Assembly: GCA_040954595.2 (NCBI GenBank)
Contig: CM082586.2
Coordinates: forward strand, 2,857,124 to 2,921,123
Origin: Balanoglossus misakiensis
Taxonomy: Eukaryota > Animalia > Hemichordata
DNA length: 64,000 nucleotides
Reading direction: 5' to 3'
The stretch's first letter is position 1. Each line of letters opens with the position of its first letter. The notes beneath the pieces are model-generated. The model had not been told where the DNA came from and ran no database searches. It saw nothing but the letters and a program-made list of their open reading frames with translations. Shown here one piece after another: positions 14,688-27,446 of this stretch. The translations under genes were made by a program, and so were the position numbers.

Positions 14688-17600
14688 AAATAAGAGTTCG
14701 CAAATAAGAGTTCGCTCCGCTGCGGTGCAAATAAGAGTTCCTTGCACCGCAACGATCTGACCGTTCTTTATTCATTCCTCGACGACAAAAACGTTTTATT
14801 ACGGCCCAAATAATGACTTATTCGCTCCTTCGTTGGTCATGCGGACAGAAAGACACGGTTTACGTGAGTTTATCTTTAGCTTTCCTGAGCAGTACGTATT
14901 CAGACTTGCCCAAGTGAACCGCGACAAAAAAAATTACCAAGTTTCCCTGCATGTTTCTTATACCCGACGGATAAAAACGCAGCGTAGATATTGAAATAAA
15001 TTGGATTTATGAAAATGAAAAAAATACAATGATAATGTCGTTAAAAGTTCTCACAAAAAAAAGAAATAGAAAAAAGTGGTCTCGAACCAACATCAGTTGA
15101 CACCTTCAGGTAAAAAGTCAAGCCTTCCTGAACCCTTCGCCATCAGGTTGTGTACTCGAAAAAGTCGGAAATTTACCGCACTATATTGCAGCATAACTAC
15201 AATGATCTTATTTGCACCGCAGCGGTGCCAACTCTTATTTGCACCGCAGCGGTGCAAATAAGAGTTCGCTCCGCTGCGGTGCAAATAAGAGTTCCTTGCA
15301 CCGCAACGATCTGACCGTTCTTTATTCACTCCTCGACGACAAAAACGTTTTATTACGGCCCAAATAATGACTTATTCGCTCCTTCGTTGGTCATGCGGAC
15401 GGAAAGACACGGTTTAAGCGAGTTTATCTTTAGCTTTCCTGAGCAGTACGTATTCAGACTTGCCCAAGTGAACCGCGACAAAAAAAATTACCAAGTTTCC
15501 CTGCATGTTTCTTATACCCGACGGATAAAAACGCAGCGTAGATATTGAAATAAATTGGATTTATGAAAATGAAAAAAATACAATGATAATGTCGTTAAAA
15601 GTTCTCACAAAAAAAAGAAATAGAAAAAAGTGGTCTCGAACCAACATCAGTTGACACCTTCAGGTAAAAAGTCAAGCCTTCCTGAACCCTTCGCCATCAG
15701 GTTGTGTACTCGAAAAAGTCGGAAATTTACCGCACTATATTGCAGCATAACTACAATGATCTTATTTGCACCGCAGCGGTGCCAACTCTTATTTGCACCG
15801 CAGCGGTGCAAATAAGAGTTCGCTCCGCTGCGGTGCAAATAAGAGTTCCTTGCACCGCAACGATCTGACCGTTCTTTATTCACTCCTCGACGACAAAAAC
15901 GTTTTATTACGGCCCAAATAATGACTTATTCGCTCCTTCGTTGGTCATGCGGACGGAAAGACACGGTTTAAGCGAGTTTATCTTTAGCTTTCCTGAGCAG
16001 TACGTATTCAGACTTGCCCAAGTGAACCGCGACAAAAAAAATTACCAAGTTTCCCTGCATGTTTCTTATACCCGACGGATAAAAACGCAGCGTAGATATT
16101 GAAATAAATTGGATTTATGAAAATGAAAAAAATACAATGATAATGTCGTTAAAAGTTCTCACAAAAAAAAGAAATAGAAAAAAGTGGTCTCGAACCAACA
16201 TCAGTTGACACCTTCAGGTAAAAAGTCAAGCCTTCCTGAACCCTTCGCCATCAGGTTGTGTACTCGAAAAAGTCGGAAATTTACCGCACTATATTGCAGC
16301 ATAACTACAATGATCTTATTTGCACCGCAGCGGTGCCAACTCTTATTTGCACCGCAGCGGTGCAAATAAGAGTTCGCTCCGCTGCGGTGCAAATAAGAGT
16401 TCCTTGCACCGCAACGATCTGACCGTTCTTTATTCACTCCTCGACGACAAAAACGTTTTATTACGGCCCAAATAATGACTTATTCGCTCCTTCGTTGGTA
16501 ATGCGGACGGAAAGACACGGTTTAAGCGAGTTTATCTTTAGCTTTCCTGAGCAGTACGTATTCAGACTTGCCCAAGTGAACCGCGACAAAAAAAATTACC
16601 AAGTTTCCCTGCATGTTTCTTATACCCGACGGATAAAAACGCAGCGTAGATATTGAAATAAATTGGATTTATGAAAATGAAAAAAAAATACAATGATAAT
16701 GTCGTTAAAAGTTCTCACAAAAAAAAGAAATAGAAAAAAGTGGTCTCGAACCAACATCAGTTGACACCTTCAGGTAAAAAGTCAAGCCTTCCTGAACCCT
16801 TCGCCATCAGGTTGTGTACTCGAAAAAGTCGGAAATTTACCGCACTATATTGCAGCATAACTACAATGATCTTATTTGCACCGCAGCGGTGCCAACTCTT
16901 ATTTGCACCGCAGCGGTGCAAATAAGAGTTCGCTCCGCTGCGGTGCAAATAAGAGTTCCTTGCACCGCAACGATCTGACCGTTCTTTATTCACTCCTCGA
17001 CGACAAAAACGTTTTATTACGGCCCAAATAATGACTTATTCGCTCCTTCGTTGGTAATGCGGACGGAAAGACACGGTTTAAGCGAGTTTATCTTTAGCTT
17101 TCCTGAGCAGTACGTATTAAGACTTGCCCAAGTGAACCGCGACAAAAAAAATTACCAAGTTTCCCTGCATGTTTCTTATACCCGACGGATAAAAACGCAG
17201 CGTAGATATTGAAATAAATTGGATTTATGAAAATGAAAAAAAAAATACAATGATAATGTCGTTAAAAGTTCTCACAAAAAAAAGAAATAGAAAAAAGTGG
17301 TCTCGAACCAACATCAGTTGACACCTTCAGGTAAAAAGTCAAGCCTTCCTGAACCCTTCGCCATCAGGTTGTGTACTCGAAAAAGTCGGAAATTTACCGC
17401 ACTATATTGCAGCATAACTACAATGATCTTATTTGCACCGCAGCGGTGCCAACTCTTATTTGCACCGCAGCGGTGCAAATAAGAGTTCGCTCCGCTGCGG
17501 TGCAAATAAGAGTTCCTTGCACCGCAACGATCTGACCGTTCTTTATTCACTCCTCGACGACAAAAACGTTTTATTACGGCCCAAATAATGACTTATTCGC

Positions 17601-20444
17601 TCCTTCGTTGGTAATGCGGACGGAAAGACACGGTTTAAGCGAGTTTATCTTTAGCTTTCCTGAGCAGTACGTATTCAGACTTGCCCAAGTGAACCGCGAC
17701 AAAAAAAATTACCAAGTTTCCCTGCATGTTTCTTATACCCGACGGATAAAAACGCAGCGTAGATATTGAAATAAATTGGATTTATGAAAATGAAAAAAAA
17801 ATACAATGATAATGTCGTTAAAAGTTCTCACAAAAAAAAGAAATAGAAAAAAGTGGTCTCGAACCAACATCAGTTGACACCTTCAGGTAAAAAGTCAAGC
17901 CTTCCTGAACCCTTCGCCATCAGGTTGTGTACTCGAAAAAGTCGGAAATTTACCGCACTATATTGCAGCATAACTACAATGATCTTATTTGCACCGCAGC
18001 GGTGCCAACTCTTATTTGCACCGCAGCGGTGCAAATAAGAGTTCGCTCCGCTGCGGTGCAAATAAGAGTTCCTTGCACCGCAACGATCTGACCGTTCTTT
18101 ATTCACTCCTCGACGACAAAAACGTTTTATTACGGCCCAAATAATGACTTATTCGCTCCTTCGTTGGTAATGCGGACGGAAAGACACGGTTTAAGCGAGT
18201 TTATCTTTAGCTTTCCTGAGCAGTACGTATTAAGACTTGCCCAAGTGAACCGCGACAAAAAAAATTACCAAGTTTCCCTGCATGTTTCTTATACCCGACG
18301 GATAAAAACGCAGCGTAGATATTGAAATAAATTGGATTTATGAAAATGAAAAAAAAAATACAATGATAATGTCGTTAAAAGTTCTCACAAAAAAAAGAAA
18401 TAGAAAAAAGTGGTCTCGAACCAACATCAGTTGACACCTTCAGGTAAAAAGTCAAGCCTTCCTGAACCCTTCGCCATCAGGTTGTGTACTCGAAAAAGTC
18501 GGAAATTTACCGCACTATATTGCAGCATAACTACAATGATCTTATTTGCACCGCAGCGGTGCCAACTCTTATTTGCACCGCAGCGGTGCAAATAAGAGTT
18601 CGCTCCGCTGCGGTGCAAATAAGAGTTCCTTGCACCGCAACGATCTGACCGTTCTTTATTCACTCCTCGACGACAAAAACGTTTTATTACGGCCCAAATA
18701 ATGACTTATTCGCTCCTTCGTTGGTCATGCGGACAGAAAGACACGGTTTAAGCGAGTTTATCTTTAGCTTTCCTGAGCAGTACGTATTCAGACTTGCCCA
18801 AGTGAACCGCGACAAAAAAAATTACCAAGTTTCCCTGCATGTTTCTTATACCCGACGGATAAAAACGCAGCGTAGATATTGAAATAAATTGGATTTATGA
18901 AAATGAAAAAAAAATACAATGATAATGTCGTTAAAAGTTCTCACAAAAAAAAGAAATAGAAAAAAGTGGTCTCGAACCAACATCAGTTGACACCTTCAGG
19001 TAAAATGTCAAGCCTTCCTGAACCCTTCGCCATCAGGTTGTGTACTCGAAAAAGTCGGAAATTTACCGCACTATATTGCAGCATAACTACAATGATCTTA
19101 TTTGCACCGCAGCGGTGCCAACTCTTATTTGCACCGCAGCGGTGCAAATAAGAGTTCGCTCCGCTGCGGTGCAAATAAGAGTTCCTTGCACCGCAACGAT
19201 CTGACCGTTCTTTATTCACTCCTCGACGACAAAAACGTTTTATTACGGCCCAAATAATGACTTATTCGCTCCTTCGTTGGTCATGCGGACAGAAAGACAC
19301 GGTTTAAGCGAGTTTATCTTTAGCTTTCCTGAGCAGTACGTATTCAGACTTGCCCAAGTGAACCGCGACAAAAAAAATTACAAAGTTTCCCTGCATGTTT
19401 CTTATACCCGACGGATAAAAACGCAGCGTAGATATTGAAATAAATTGGATTTATGAAAATGAAAAAAAAAATACAATGATAATGTCGTTAAAAGTTCTCA
19501 CAAAAAAAAAGAAATAGAAAAAAGTGGTCTCGAACCAACATCAGTTGACACCTTCAGGTAAAAAGTCAAGCCTTCCTGAACCCTTCGCCATCAGGTTGTG
19601 TACTCGAAAAAGTCGGAAATTTACCGCACTATATTGCAGCATAACTACAATGATCTTATTTGCACCGCAGCGGTGCAAATAAGAGTTCGCTCCGCTGCGG
19701 TGCAAATAAGAGTTCCTTGCACCGCAACGATCTGACCGTTCTTTATTCACTCCTCGACGACAAAAACGTTTTATTACGGCCCAAATAATGACTTATTCGC
19801 TCCTTCGTTGGTCATGCGGACGGAAAGACACGGTTTAAGCGAGTTTATCTTTAGCTTTCCTGAGCAGTACGTATTCAGACTTGCCCAAGTGAACCGCGAC
19901 AAAAAAAATTACCAAGTTTCCCTGCATGTTTCTTATACCCGACGGATAAAAACGCAGCGTAGATATTGAAATAAATTGGATTTATGAAAATGATAAAAAA
20001 ATACAATGATAATGTCGTTAAAAGTTCTCACAAAAAAATGAAATAGAAAAAAGTGGTCTCGAACCAACATCAGTTGACACCTTCAGGTAAAAAGTCAAGC
20101 CTTCCTGAACCCTTCGCCACCAGGTTGTGTACTCGAAAAAGTCGGAAATTTACCGCACTATATTGCAGCATAGCTACAATGATCTTATTTGCACCGCAGC
20201 GGTGCCAACTCTTATTTGCACCGCAGCGGTGCAAATAAGAGTTCGCTCCGCTGCGGTGCAAATAAGAGTTCCTTGCACCGCAACGATCTGACCGTTCTTT
20301 ATTCACTCCTCGACGACAAAAACGTTTTATTACGGCCCAAATAATGACTTATTCGCTCCTTCGTTGGTCATGCGGACGGAAAGACACGGTTTAAGCGAGT
20401 TTATCTTTCTCTTTCCTGAGCAGTACGTATTCAGACTTGCCCAA
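14688..20444. repeat. Tandem array, ~554-558 bp unit, ~10.4 copies
   Basis: Near-identical units are directly visible. The same spurious ORF recurs at 15076, 15630, 16184, 16740, 17297, 17853, 18410, 18966 and 20053. One unit is 27 bp shorter. Each unit has internal 27 bp sub-repeats and a palindrome. Confidence 0.98.
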
Positions 20445-20454
20445 TGAAGTTTGA

Positions 20455-20512
20455 TAGGTTGATTGACTGACTGACTGATTTATTGGTTGATTGACTGACC
20501 GACTGGCTGATT
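20455..20512. repeat. Degenerate (TGAC/TGAT/TGGT)n tetranucleotide microsatellite
   Basis: ttgattgactgactgactgatttattggttgattgactgaccgactggctga directly after the array end. Confidence 0.7.
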
Positions 20513-20879
20513 AATGAAAACGCCTACTATATATTACTGATTGAAAAAGTAATTGTAAAATTATCTGGAAACAAGTAAGCGACTGTTTGTACATGTTGTA
20601 AGCGAAGTTTAGAGTAATCAATGCGCTTTAAGTAGTTTGTGTTCTTGTGATATTGGACATGAGTAAAGCTTAAGAAAAAGTTTGTTCCCGACTCGATTTT
20701 TGTTCTTCGTTCCACTTCTCAACGCGCCCAACAATTCTAGTAAAATATCGATTCGACTTCTGCAAAGGGAAGAGACCTATAAAAGAGCAACATCCCATAA
20801 AATTGACTTTGTGAACAGCGAACTACATGTTTAGTCGTCCGTGCCGAGAGACTGTGGCTTGCTGCTGGGACTGGGCCAG

Positions 20880-20995
20880 CTCGGGTCGAAGGTCAACCCG
20901 TCCTTATCCGGCAACAACCATAAATAGAAGTGCTGACGTCAGGATAGATCACGTGATGTGAGCGGGAGCGAGGCACATGTCGGCCGCCATTGTTT
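20880..20995 (+). promoter_or_regulatory. YTHDF proximal promoter motif cluster
   Basis: CRE TGACGTCA at 20934-20941, palindromic E-box ATCACGTGAT at 20948-20957, YY1-like CGGCCGCCAT at 20981-20990 and DR1-like GGGTCGaAGGTCA at ~20883, all ~170-280 bp upstream of the ATG. Confidence 0.55.
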
Positions 20996-21160
20996 GCCAG
21001 TGTCACGCAGCGCAAAATTCGTGAATTTTACCGCTGAATTTTACCATTTAAACTGCTTTTCAGCAACAAGTTGCACACTGAAGGACATTCTTGGTTCTTT
21101 ACGTTTGATTTTAGGCTATTTTTATATCGGACATTTCATTCTTTCTCGATAAATCGTGCG

Positions 21161-24100
21161 ATGTCTGCAAGTGTAGATCAGGTAAAGTTCTGTTGGGTGT
21201 AATTTTCAATAGGGCTTCTGTCGTTGCCAACAAGGTCCCTCACTCGGAAATATTTGCTAATTTTCCGGGTTTTTCTTTTTCTCTTTCACGCTTGTCAACC
21301 GTCCTTCTCCAAGCAGCGACCTAAAGGGCAGTCGAATCGCGGTAAGTACCACATTATTTCTGCTCAGTTAAAATGTTATGTGTCCGGAAAGTACGGGGAA
21401 CTGGTCGGCAATTTGACGTATGCGTGCATGTGCACTGCACTGAACTTGAGAAGTTGAGAGATTTGCGTACCCGCATACCAAGTGAATGACCATTGTTCAC
21501 CTTTCTTATTTCAGTTCAAAATGGACCCTTAAATCAGAAAGAGACTGTAACCGACGAGGATTTCGATGCGTACTTGCAGAATAACCAGAGTAGCCAGGTT
21601 TGTGTGCCATATGTGTAAATTGAATTTCCGAGCTGAGCTGTTGTAGTTTGACACCGTGTGTCCCGTGTCGCATTATCCGACCGGCTAGGCGTGGACGGGC
21701 TTTGCCGCGTTTTTACACGCAACACGTCAACAACAATAGAGTAGCTCGTGTTAAACTTTGCTGGCAGAATTTGCTTCTGCTTTTATTCGGGGGTTGTATT
21801 CTGATCTCCACGCGGAACTTGCCAGTGTGCAGGGGAGGAAAATCGCCTTCAGCTCTTTTGTGATGTGAAACCAGATTGGGACATCCGCATATGTTGATTT
21901 CGAGCACGTCAGTGGGAGGTGTGCTTGTGGAAAGTCAAGCCGACATTGTTCACACTTCTGTTTCACAAAGAACCAATCGGATGCCGAATCTTCTCACTGA
22001 GAGGAATCCTTGCCACTTATTTTTATTTGCAAATATTCCTGGATACCCAGCAGTTTTAGTTCGAAAAGTGGCCAAAGTCTCCATATGTCAGACTTGCAGT
22101 GTAGTTACATGGGTGAATAATCAGCGGTCCCATATGCTTCTACTGCAGGTTGCATAAGCTTATGCAAGAAAGTTAGTGGAAAGAATTCCATCGAGGTAGT
22201 AGTACTAGTAGTAGCCTCTACCTCAGTGGTTTAGCAAACATGCAATGGATGTAAATTCCATGAATACAAATAAGTGGCACTTGCTCATGAGTACTCTCAT
22301 GGTTAAAAATGGTTTTTATTACGGACCAGGTAAACTACTTATAAATATGCAGGTGTTTTTCAATGATGACAACTGATTGCGTTTATTATTAACCTGACAT
22401 ATCTATACATAACGGTGCCCAAAGTTCATGTTAATTATGTATCACTACAGCCATATCAGCCCTCACCATCTCTGTCTTATATCTGTATTTTCCATACCAT
22501 GTTGATCATTGTATTTTCATTTCATATTGGTAAATTCTGAAAGAAATTTTGTGGGTTTAAGATATAAAAAAACCTTGTGCAACTGCCATAAAATGAGTTG
22601 ATGCCAGCTGAAAGAAATGTACAGCCATGTCATGAATATCTTTCTTTTTTCTGGCGTAAGTGCAGTCAAGGACAGATAAACAGTAATATGACTACCCCTA
22701 GTCTCATAAACTGTATGGTGAGGTCTGCATAACATGTAAATAGTTGGTCATTGAAAAGTGGGCCCTCCAGTATACCGAGGGAAGTTGGGGTGACCTCAGA
22801 GGGATCAGGTTTCCGTGATGGTTTATTGAGTTCAAGAATGGTGGTTAAATCGGAGGTGTTCTCTTCCAGACATCCTTAGCGGGAGTCGCCTGGTTGATGA
22901 TCAGACTACCACGTGTAACATACTCGTAGTCGGTCCTTGACGACAAGGCCATCAGCGAGCTTCACATCCCTGTAATGAAACAAATTGCAGTGAAAATGAC
23001 TCTGCCTGGGTTTGGTGGTTTATGTAGATTCATGGTTGGATTGTCCATGACAGACAACCCTTTTGGCCTAAATTCCTGCTCTGCAATCCCGTTGTCGCCA
23101 TCTGGGGGTCAGACTGGTCACTATATGGGCTACAGTGCAGGGGTGATACATAGTGGCCATTATACCATAGTGACGAGCCAATGCGAATTCAGCAGTACCC
23201 AGAGTTCGGTGATTCAGATAACCTTCCAGTGTTTACACAGAGAAACTAGCAGTTTAAAGTTTGCCTTCTGGAAGGACATGTTATGAAATGGGTCAGACGA
23301 CCTTGATTACAGTCCCATATTAGAACGGTGGGCGTTATGTTAATTGCAACGGCATTTGAAGTTTCAGTCACTCTTTGGCCACTGTATTGTCTAACCTGTT
23401 GTACTGTGTTGTGTCTCACAGCTGTAGTTTTTCCTTGTGTAGAGTTTATTCACACTGGGGTTTTAGCTCCAGTGATCATATTGAGATTACGAAACGTCTC
23501 GTATCACAAGAAGGTCGTGCTTTCGGTTTCTTTTTGCTTGTGTGTAGGTAGCGGGAACGGGTTATTCAAAAATGCGACAAGAGAGAGACTTTAGCAAACA
23601 GAATGAGTAGATGCAAAAGAGGTGTTGTGTAACATGTTTTTTTATGATGGAATACAAAGCCAAATGACAGTGTTGTACGTCTATCAATGCCTGATGAATG
23701 CATCTTTTATTTTAGTGTGTGTTTGATGTTATTATGGGATCCAGGGTATACATGAATGAAAATTTGTGTTGAGTGCGAAACAATAAAAAAATGGTGTTGT
23801 ACCAATGTGATTATGTCATAGAAAACAAACGAAAGTCGACAGAATGAACATGGCTTGGTCAGTGTTGTTTCTTACAATCATGGACATTTTGGACATGATT
23901 TTGAGATCAAATGTAGTTTAGTGTAGCAGATCTACTTTATTAGTGAGTCATTGTATACTGTGACCTTCATTCAGGAAGTCTCAACAGAAAATTTATAGTC
24001 CTATTGTGTCAGGTTTTTCATCATGCGGGTGTGGGCCATAATTTATGAAGCCGTGAATTTGCATGAGACCCCCTCTCCCGCCAGGTAAAGCAAAATTACA

Positions 24101-27100
24101 TTTCTGTAGTATTACCCTGCAAAACCGTACAATCAAAAATAGGTGTCTGTGTGAGCTCTATGTTGACGTAATCATCATCTGCTGTATTTGAAAAGTGCCT
24201 ACTTCGATCAGATGTGAAGAGGCTGCAAATGTACGAAGTATTGTCGAGTGGGTAATCCAACGTGATCAATGTAAATTGGGGGACCTAGATTGCTGTAGTA
24301 GTTCTGCCTGGGGCATATCAATTGCCAGCTGACAGTTCGAAGGCATATTCATTGATTTTGAGGCCATACAACTGACAATGAGCAACAGCTATGACATGGT
24401 ATGACCACACCCAAAAGGTCAAAGGTCGTCTCACATCCTGCCCTGTTGTGGTGAAGCAAAAATGTGATTCCACGTGAATTTTAACAATCCTGAAAATGAG
24501 GTGCACTCTTGTTATGAGAAAAGGAATTGAATCTTTGCATTCTTCGTCTGCAGAAGCTTCATTGATTTTCTTTGATCTGGGCATTTATATTTATAGTGTG
24601 ATTCTCAAAATGCGAATAGGGTGTGGCGTGACAGTTTATTAATGACTAACTGTTTAAATTTCATTGATATTTACAAAGTTTTCTTTTCTGTTTCTTTTCC
24701 ATGTTCACCGTGCACTGCTGACAGGCCTATAACTCGGGACCCAACATGGCACCTCCATCAGACCCATCCGGCTATATGCCGAGCTATTATTCCTCGATGC
24801 CATTTCCTTATTTGAACACTGGTGGCGAAAGCACATGGTCAACAGGCGACAACTTCAATTTCTATGGCGGATATGGACCCGGGGACAGTGGAAATTACTT
24901 GCAGGATAATTTTTATAGTCAGCCTGGGACGACCCCTCCGTATTTGAGCCAGTCTGGATTTAATTTCTTTCCTGGCAATGCGGACTTTTCGGCGTGGGGC
25001 AACAATAGCCAGCCCCAGGGACAGGGAAATCAGCGTAACGCCGGACAGGGACAGAGCTCCTACTCGTACGACTATTCTCGGTATTCAGGAACAGCCATGG
25101 GAACTGGGCCGAGATACCAGGATATGAACGGTATGGACGCAGGGGACAGCAAAACGTCTGGAATGAAGACTGTGGAGCAAGGCATTTCAGGACTGAATAT
25201 AGGATCTGATCCCAAGCAGACCAGCAGTTCTGGGAGCGCTGGTTCCGCGGGTGACAGTGCGGTTGATTCGGACGCGGTGAAATCTCCGCCCCAGACTTCC
25301 CAGACTGTAACCACCACTTCACCGGCTGTCAGTTCTGCCCCAGCCCCAGCGAGCACTGCAAGCAAGCCCGTGTCGTGGGCCTCCATCGCCAGCAAGCCGG
25401 CTAAACCCCAGCCCAAGTTGAAACCAAAAAGTGCTTCTCACGCTCCTGTCCCGGCGCAGTTGCCCCCCATGAAACACACCATGGACATCGGAACTTGGAA
25501 CGGTGGTGCTAAGGGCGCCGCGAAGCCGGCACCTTCCCCCCAGCAGGCACCACCACCGCAGCAGCAACAGCAGCAGCACCCTCAGGCCCAACAGCAACGC
25601 TGGACTCAGCAGCGCGGTCGGGGAGATGCGAACGTTAACAGCAATCCGCCACCCTCAAGCAATGCTGGACTTGCTCCAATCTCGGCGCCCGCGGCCGGCA
25701 ACAATGCAGCCGCGGCCCCGAACCACCCGGTTCTTGAGAAACTGCGATCGGCGAACGAGTATAACCCGACAAACTTCAACATGAATGCCAAGGGGGCGCG
25801 TTTCTTTATCATCAAGAGTTACTCCGAGGATGACATCCATCGATCGATTAAGTACAGTATCTGGTGCAGTACAGAGCACGGCAACAAGCGTCTGGATGCT
25901 GCGTTCCGCGAACGCCAGGGCAAGGGACCGGTGTACTTGTATTTCAGCGTCAATGGCAGCGGTCACTTCTGTGGCATGGCGCAGATGATGTCTGAGGTGG
26001 ACTACAATGTGACGACCGGTGTGTGGGCTCAGGACAAGTGGAAGGGCCGATTCGAGGTGAAATGGATTTATGTGAAGGACGTCCCGAACAGTCAGCTCCG
26101 TCACATCCGCTTGGAAAACAATGAGAACAAACCTGTGACTAATTCTCGTGACACGCAGGAGGTGCCGATCGATAAGGGCAAACAGGTGTTGAAGATCATG
26201 CACAACTATCGCCACACAACATCCATCTTCGACGATTTCGGTCACTACGAGAAGCGTCAGGAAGAGGATCAAACCAGAAAGGTAAGTTGTTGATACCCTG
26301 TGGTACGCGTCTTGCAGAAACTTGCTTTGGTTTGACGTTCTCGTTCCTGGAATTTTTCCAAGCAGTGTTGGCTTATTTGGTCCAAATTCTGTTAGCCTTT
26401 TCTTATATTATATTATAACATTTGTCTTTGCTGTTGATATTTTGTGATTTCCCCCTCTGAAAAAATGAAATTACTGGGAATATACAAATATCCAATATAT
26501 CTTGTTTGTTTTATTCCAGACATAGGTAGTATCCCTTAGGTATGCAGAAGAGAACAGAACAGCAAGTATGTATTGGATATTGTGTATATCATTACAGAAC
26601 AGTTAGTGTAAGGAAAGAGAGGGGGCCTGAAGAGTTGGTAGGCAGTGTGCCCTTTAAGACCATATGATAAGCAGCAAACCCTTCTGAAAATTTGTAGGCT
26701 TTTAGATCTGATCTAACCAATTACAAAGTTGCCAAACATAGAGGGTTTTCCATGCGAAACAAGATTGCTATATTATACAGTTCATTCTGCGACTTGATAG
26801 TAAAGACATTTTGGTCTCGTATTCACAGAGTGGAATGCAGTATAATAAGTATCAGCAGTGTGAAGTATCAGTTTCTGTGAACTGTAGCTAATTTATTCCC
26901 CTCTGAATTAGGCTCTACTAGTTCTGACCTTCAATGGTACTGTTATTAGCATTCCAAGAAATTCAACAATGAAAAATGTGGTGTGATTCCGTCAACCATT
27001 CAGCTAATCCCATGTTGGCTACTCCAACAAAGGGAACGTCTTTTTCTTCTGCAAAAAGAGAAAAAAGGCACAACTTTAATCCATTTGCTGCAGTGAACTG

Positions 27101-27446
27101 TTTGTTCCTGATTTGCATAGAGTGTTCGAAATGCTTCAAATGTTGCACTGTATTTGAGTCAGTAGCATCAATATGATGTGACTTGCAGTGAACAGTTTCA
27201 TACCCTGTGGTAAGGATGTTTACAAGGATAAGAAAGCCTATTCCTTGGAAAAACGGAAATAAAGCAGTGTCATTTCCGGGAATATGGATTTTCAGCGTGT
27301 ATGACATAAAACTTCATTGTGATTTTATCAGCATTTCGTTTTCTAGCATCTGTTACTGTAATATAATTAAGTAAAAATATGTTTCATTTCAGTAACCTCT
27401 GTTTATCGTTTTATTTCAGGTCAAGAAACCAAATGAAAGAAACTAG
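21161..27446 (+). CDS. YTHDF: YTH domain family protein (YTHDF1/2/3-like m6A reader), ~570 aa, 5 coding exons
   Basis: Exons: 21161-21181 (MSASVDQ), 21317-21341 (RPKGQSNR), 21515-21597 ([22 protein letters not shown]...), 24725-26281 (P/Q/G low-complexity region plus YTH domain [24 protein letters not shown]...NSRDTQEV) and probable last exon 27420-27446 (VKKPNERN*). All junctions are GT-AG and in phase. The last exon is the least certain. Confidence 0.95.
24725..26281 (+). CDS. YTHDF: YTHDF large exon 4 containing the YTH domain
   Basis: Corresponds to the 515 aa ORF 24746-26293. Aromatic-cage tryptophans are present ([13 protein letters not shown]). Donor AAG|GTAAGT at 26281. Confidence 0.97.

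Noticed and set aside
15068-15150. Functional tRNA gene array
   Set aside because: No acceptor stem or complete cloverleaf could be formed. Reported only as tRNA-like.
15206-20290. CRISPR-like appearance of regularly spaced palindromic repeats
   Set aside because: The 'spacers' are ~500 bp and identical, there are no cas genes, and the context is a spliced animal genome.
15076-20306. Repeated 61 aa (+) and 78 aa (-) ORFs in the array
   Set aside because: By-products of the repeat unit: they begin at GTG rather than ATG, show no recognisable domain, and their peptide repeats just mirror the 27 bp sub-repeats.
24960-26272. Antisense and alternative-frame ORFs over YTHDF exon 4, and 29229-29762 / 31661-32167 over SDR exon 1
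   Set aside because: Shadow ORFs of real coding exons with no independent signal.
26520-26892. Alternative YTHDF last exons after AG at ~26519 or ~26828
   Set aside because: The acceptor at 27419 has a better pyrimidine tract and gives a short basic tail like known YTHDFs. The alternatives cannot be excluded without transcripts.
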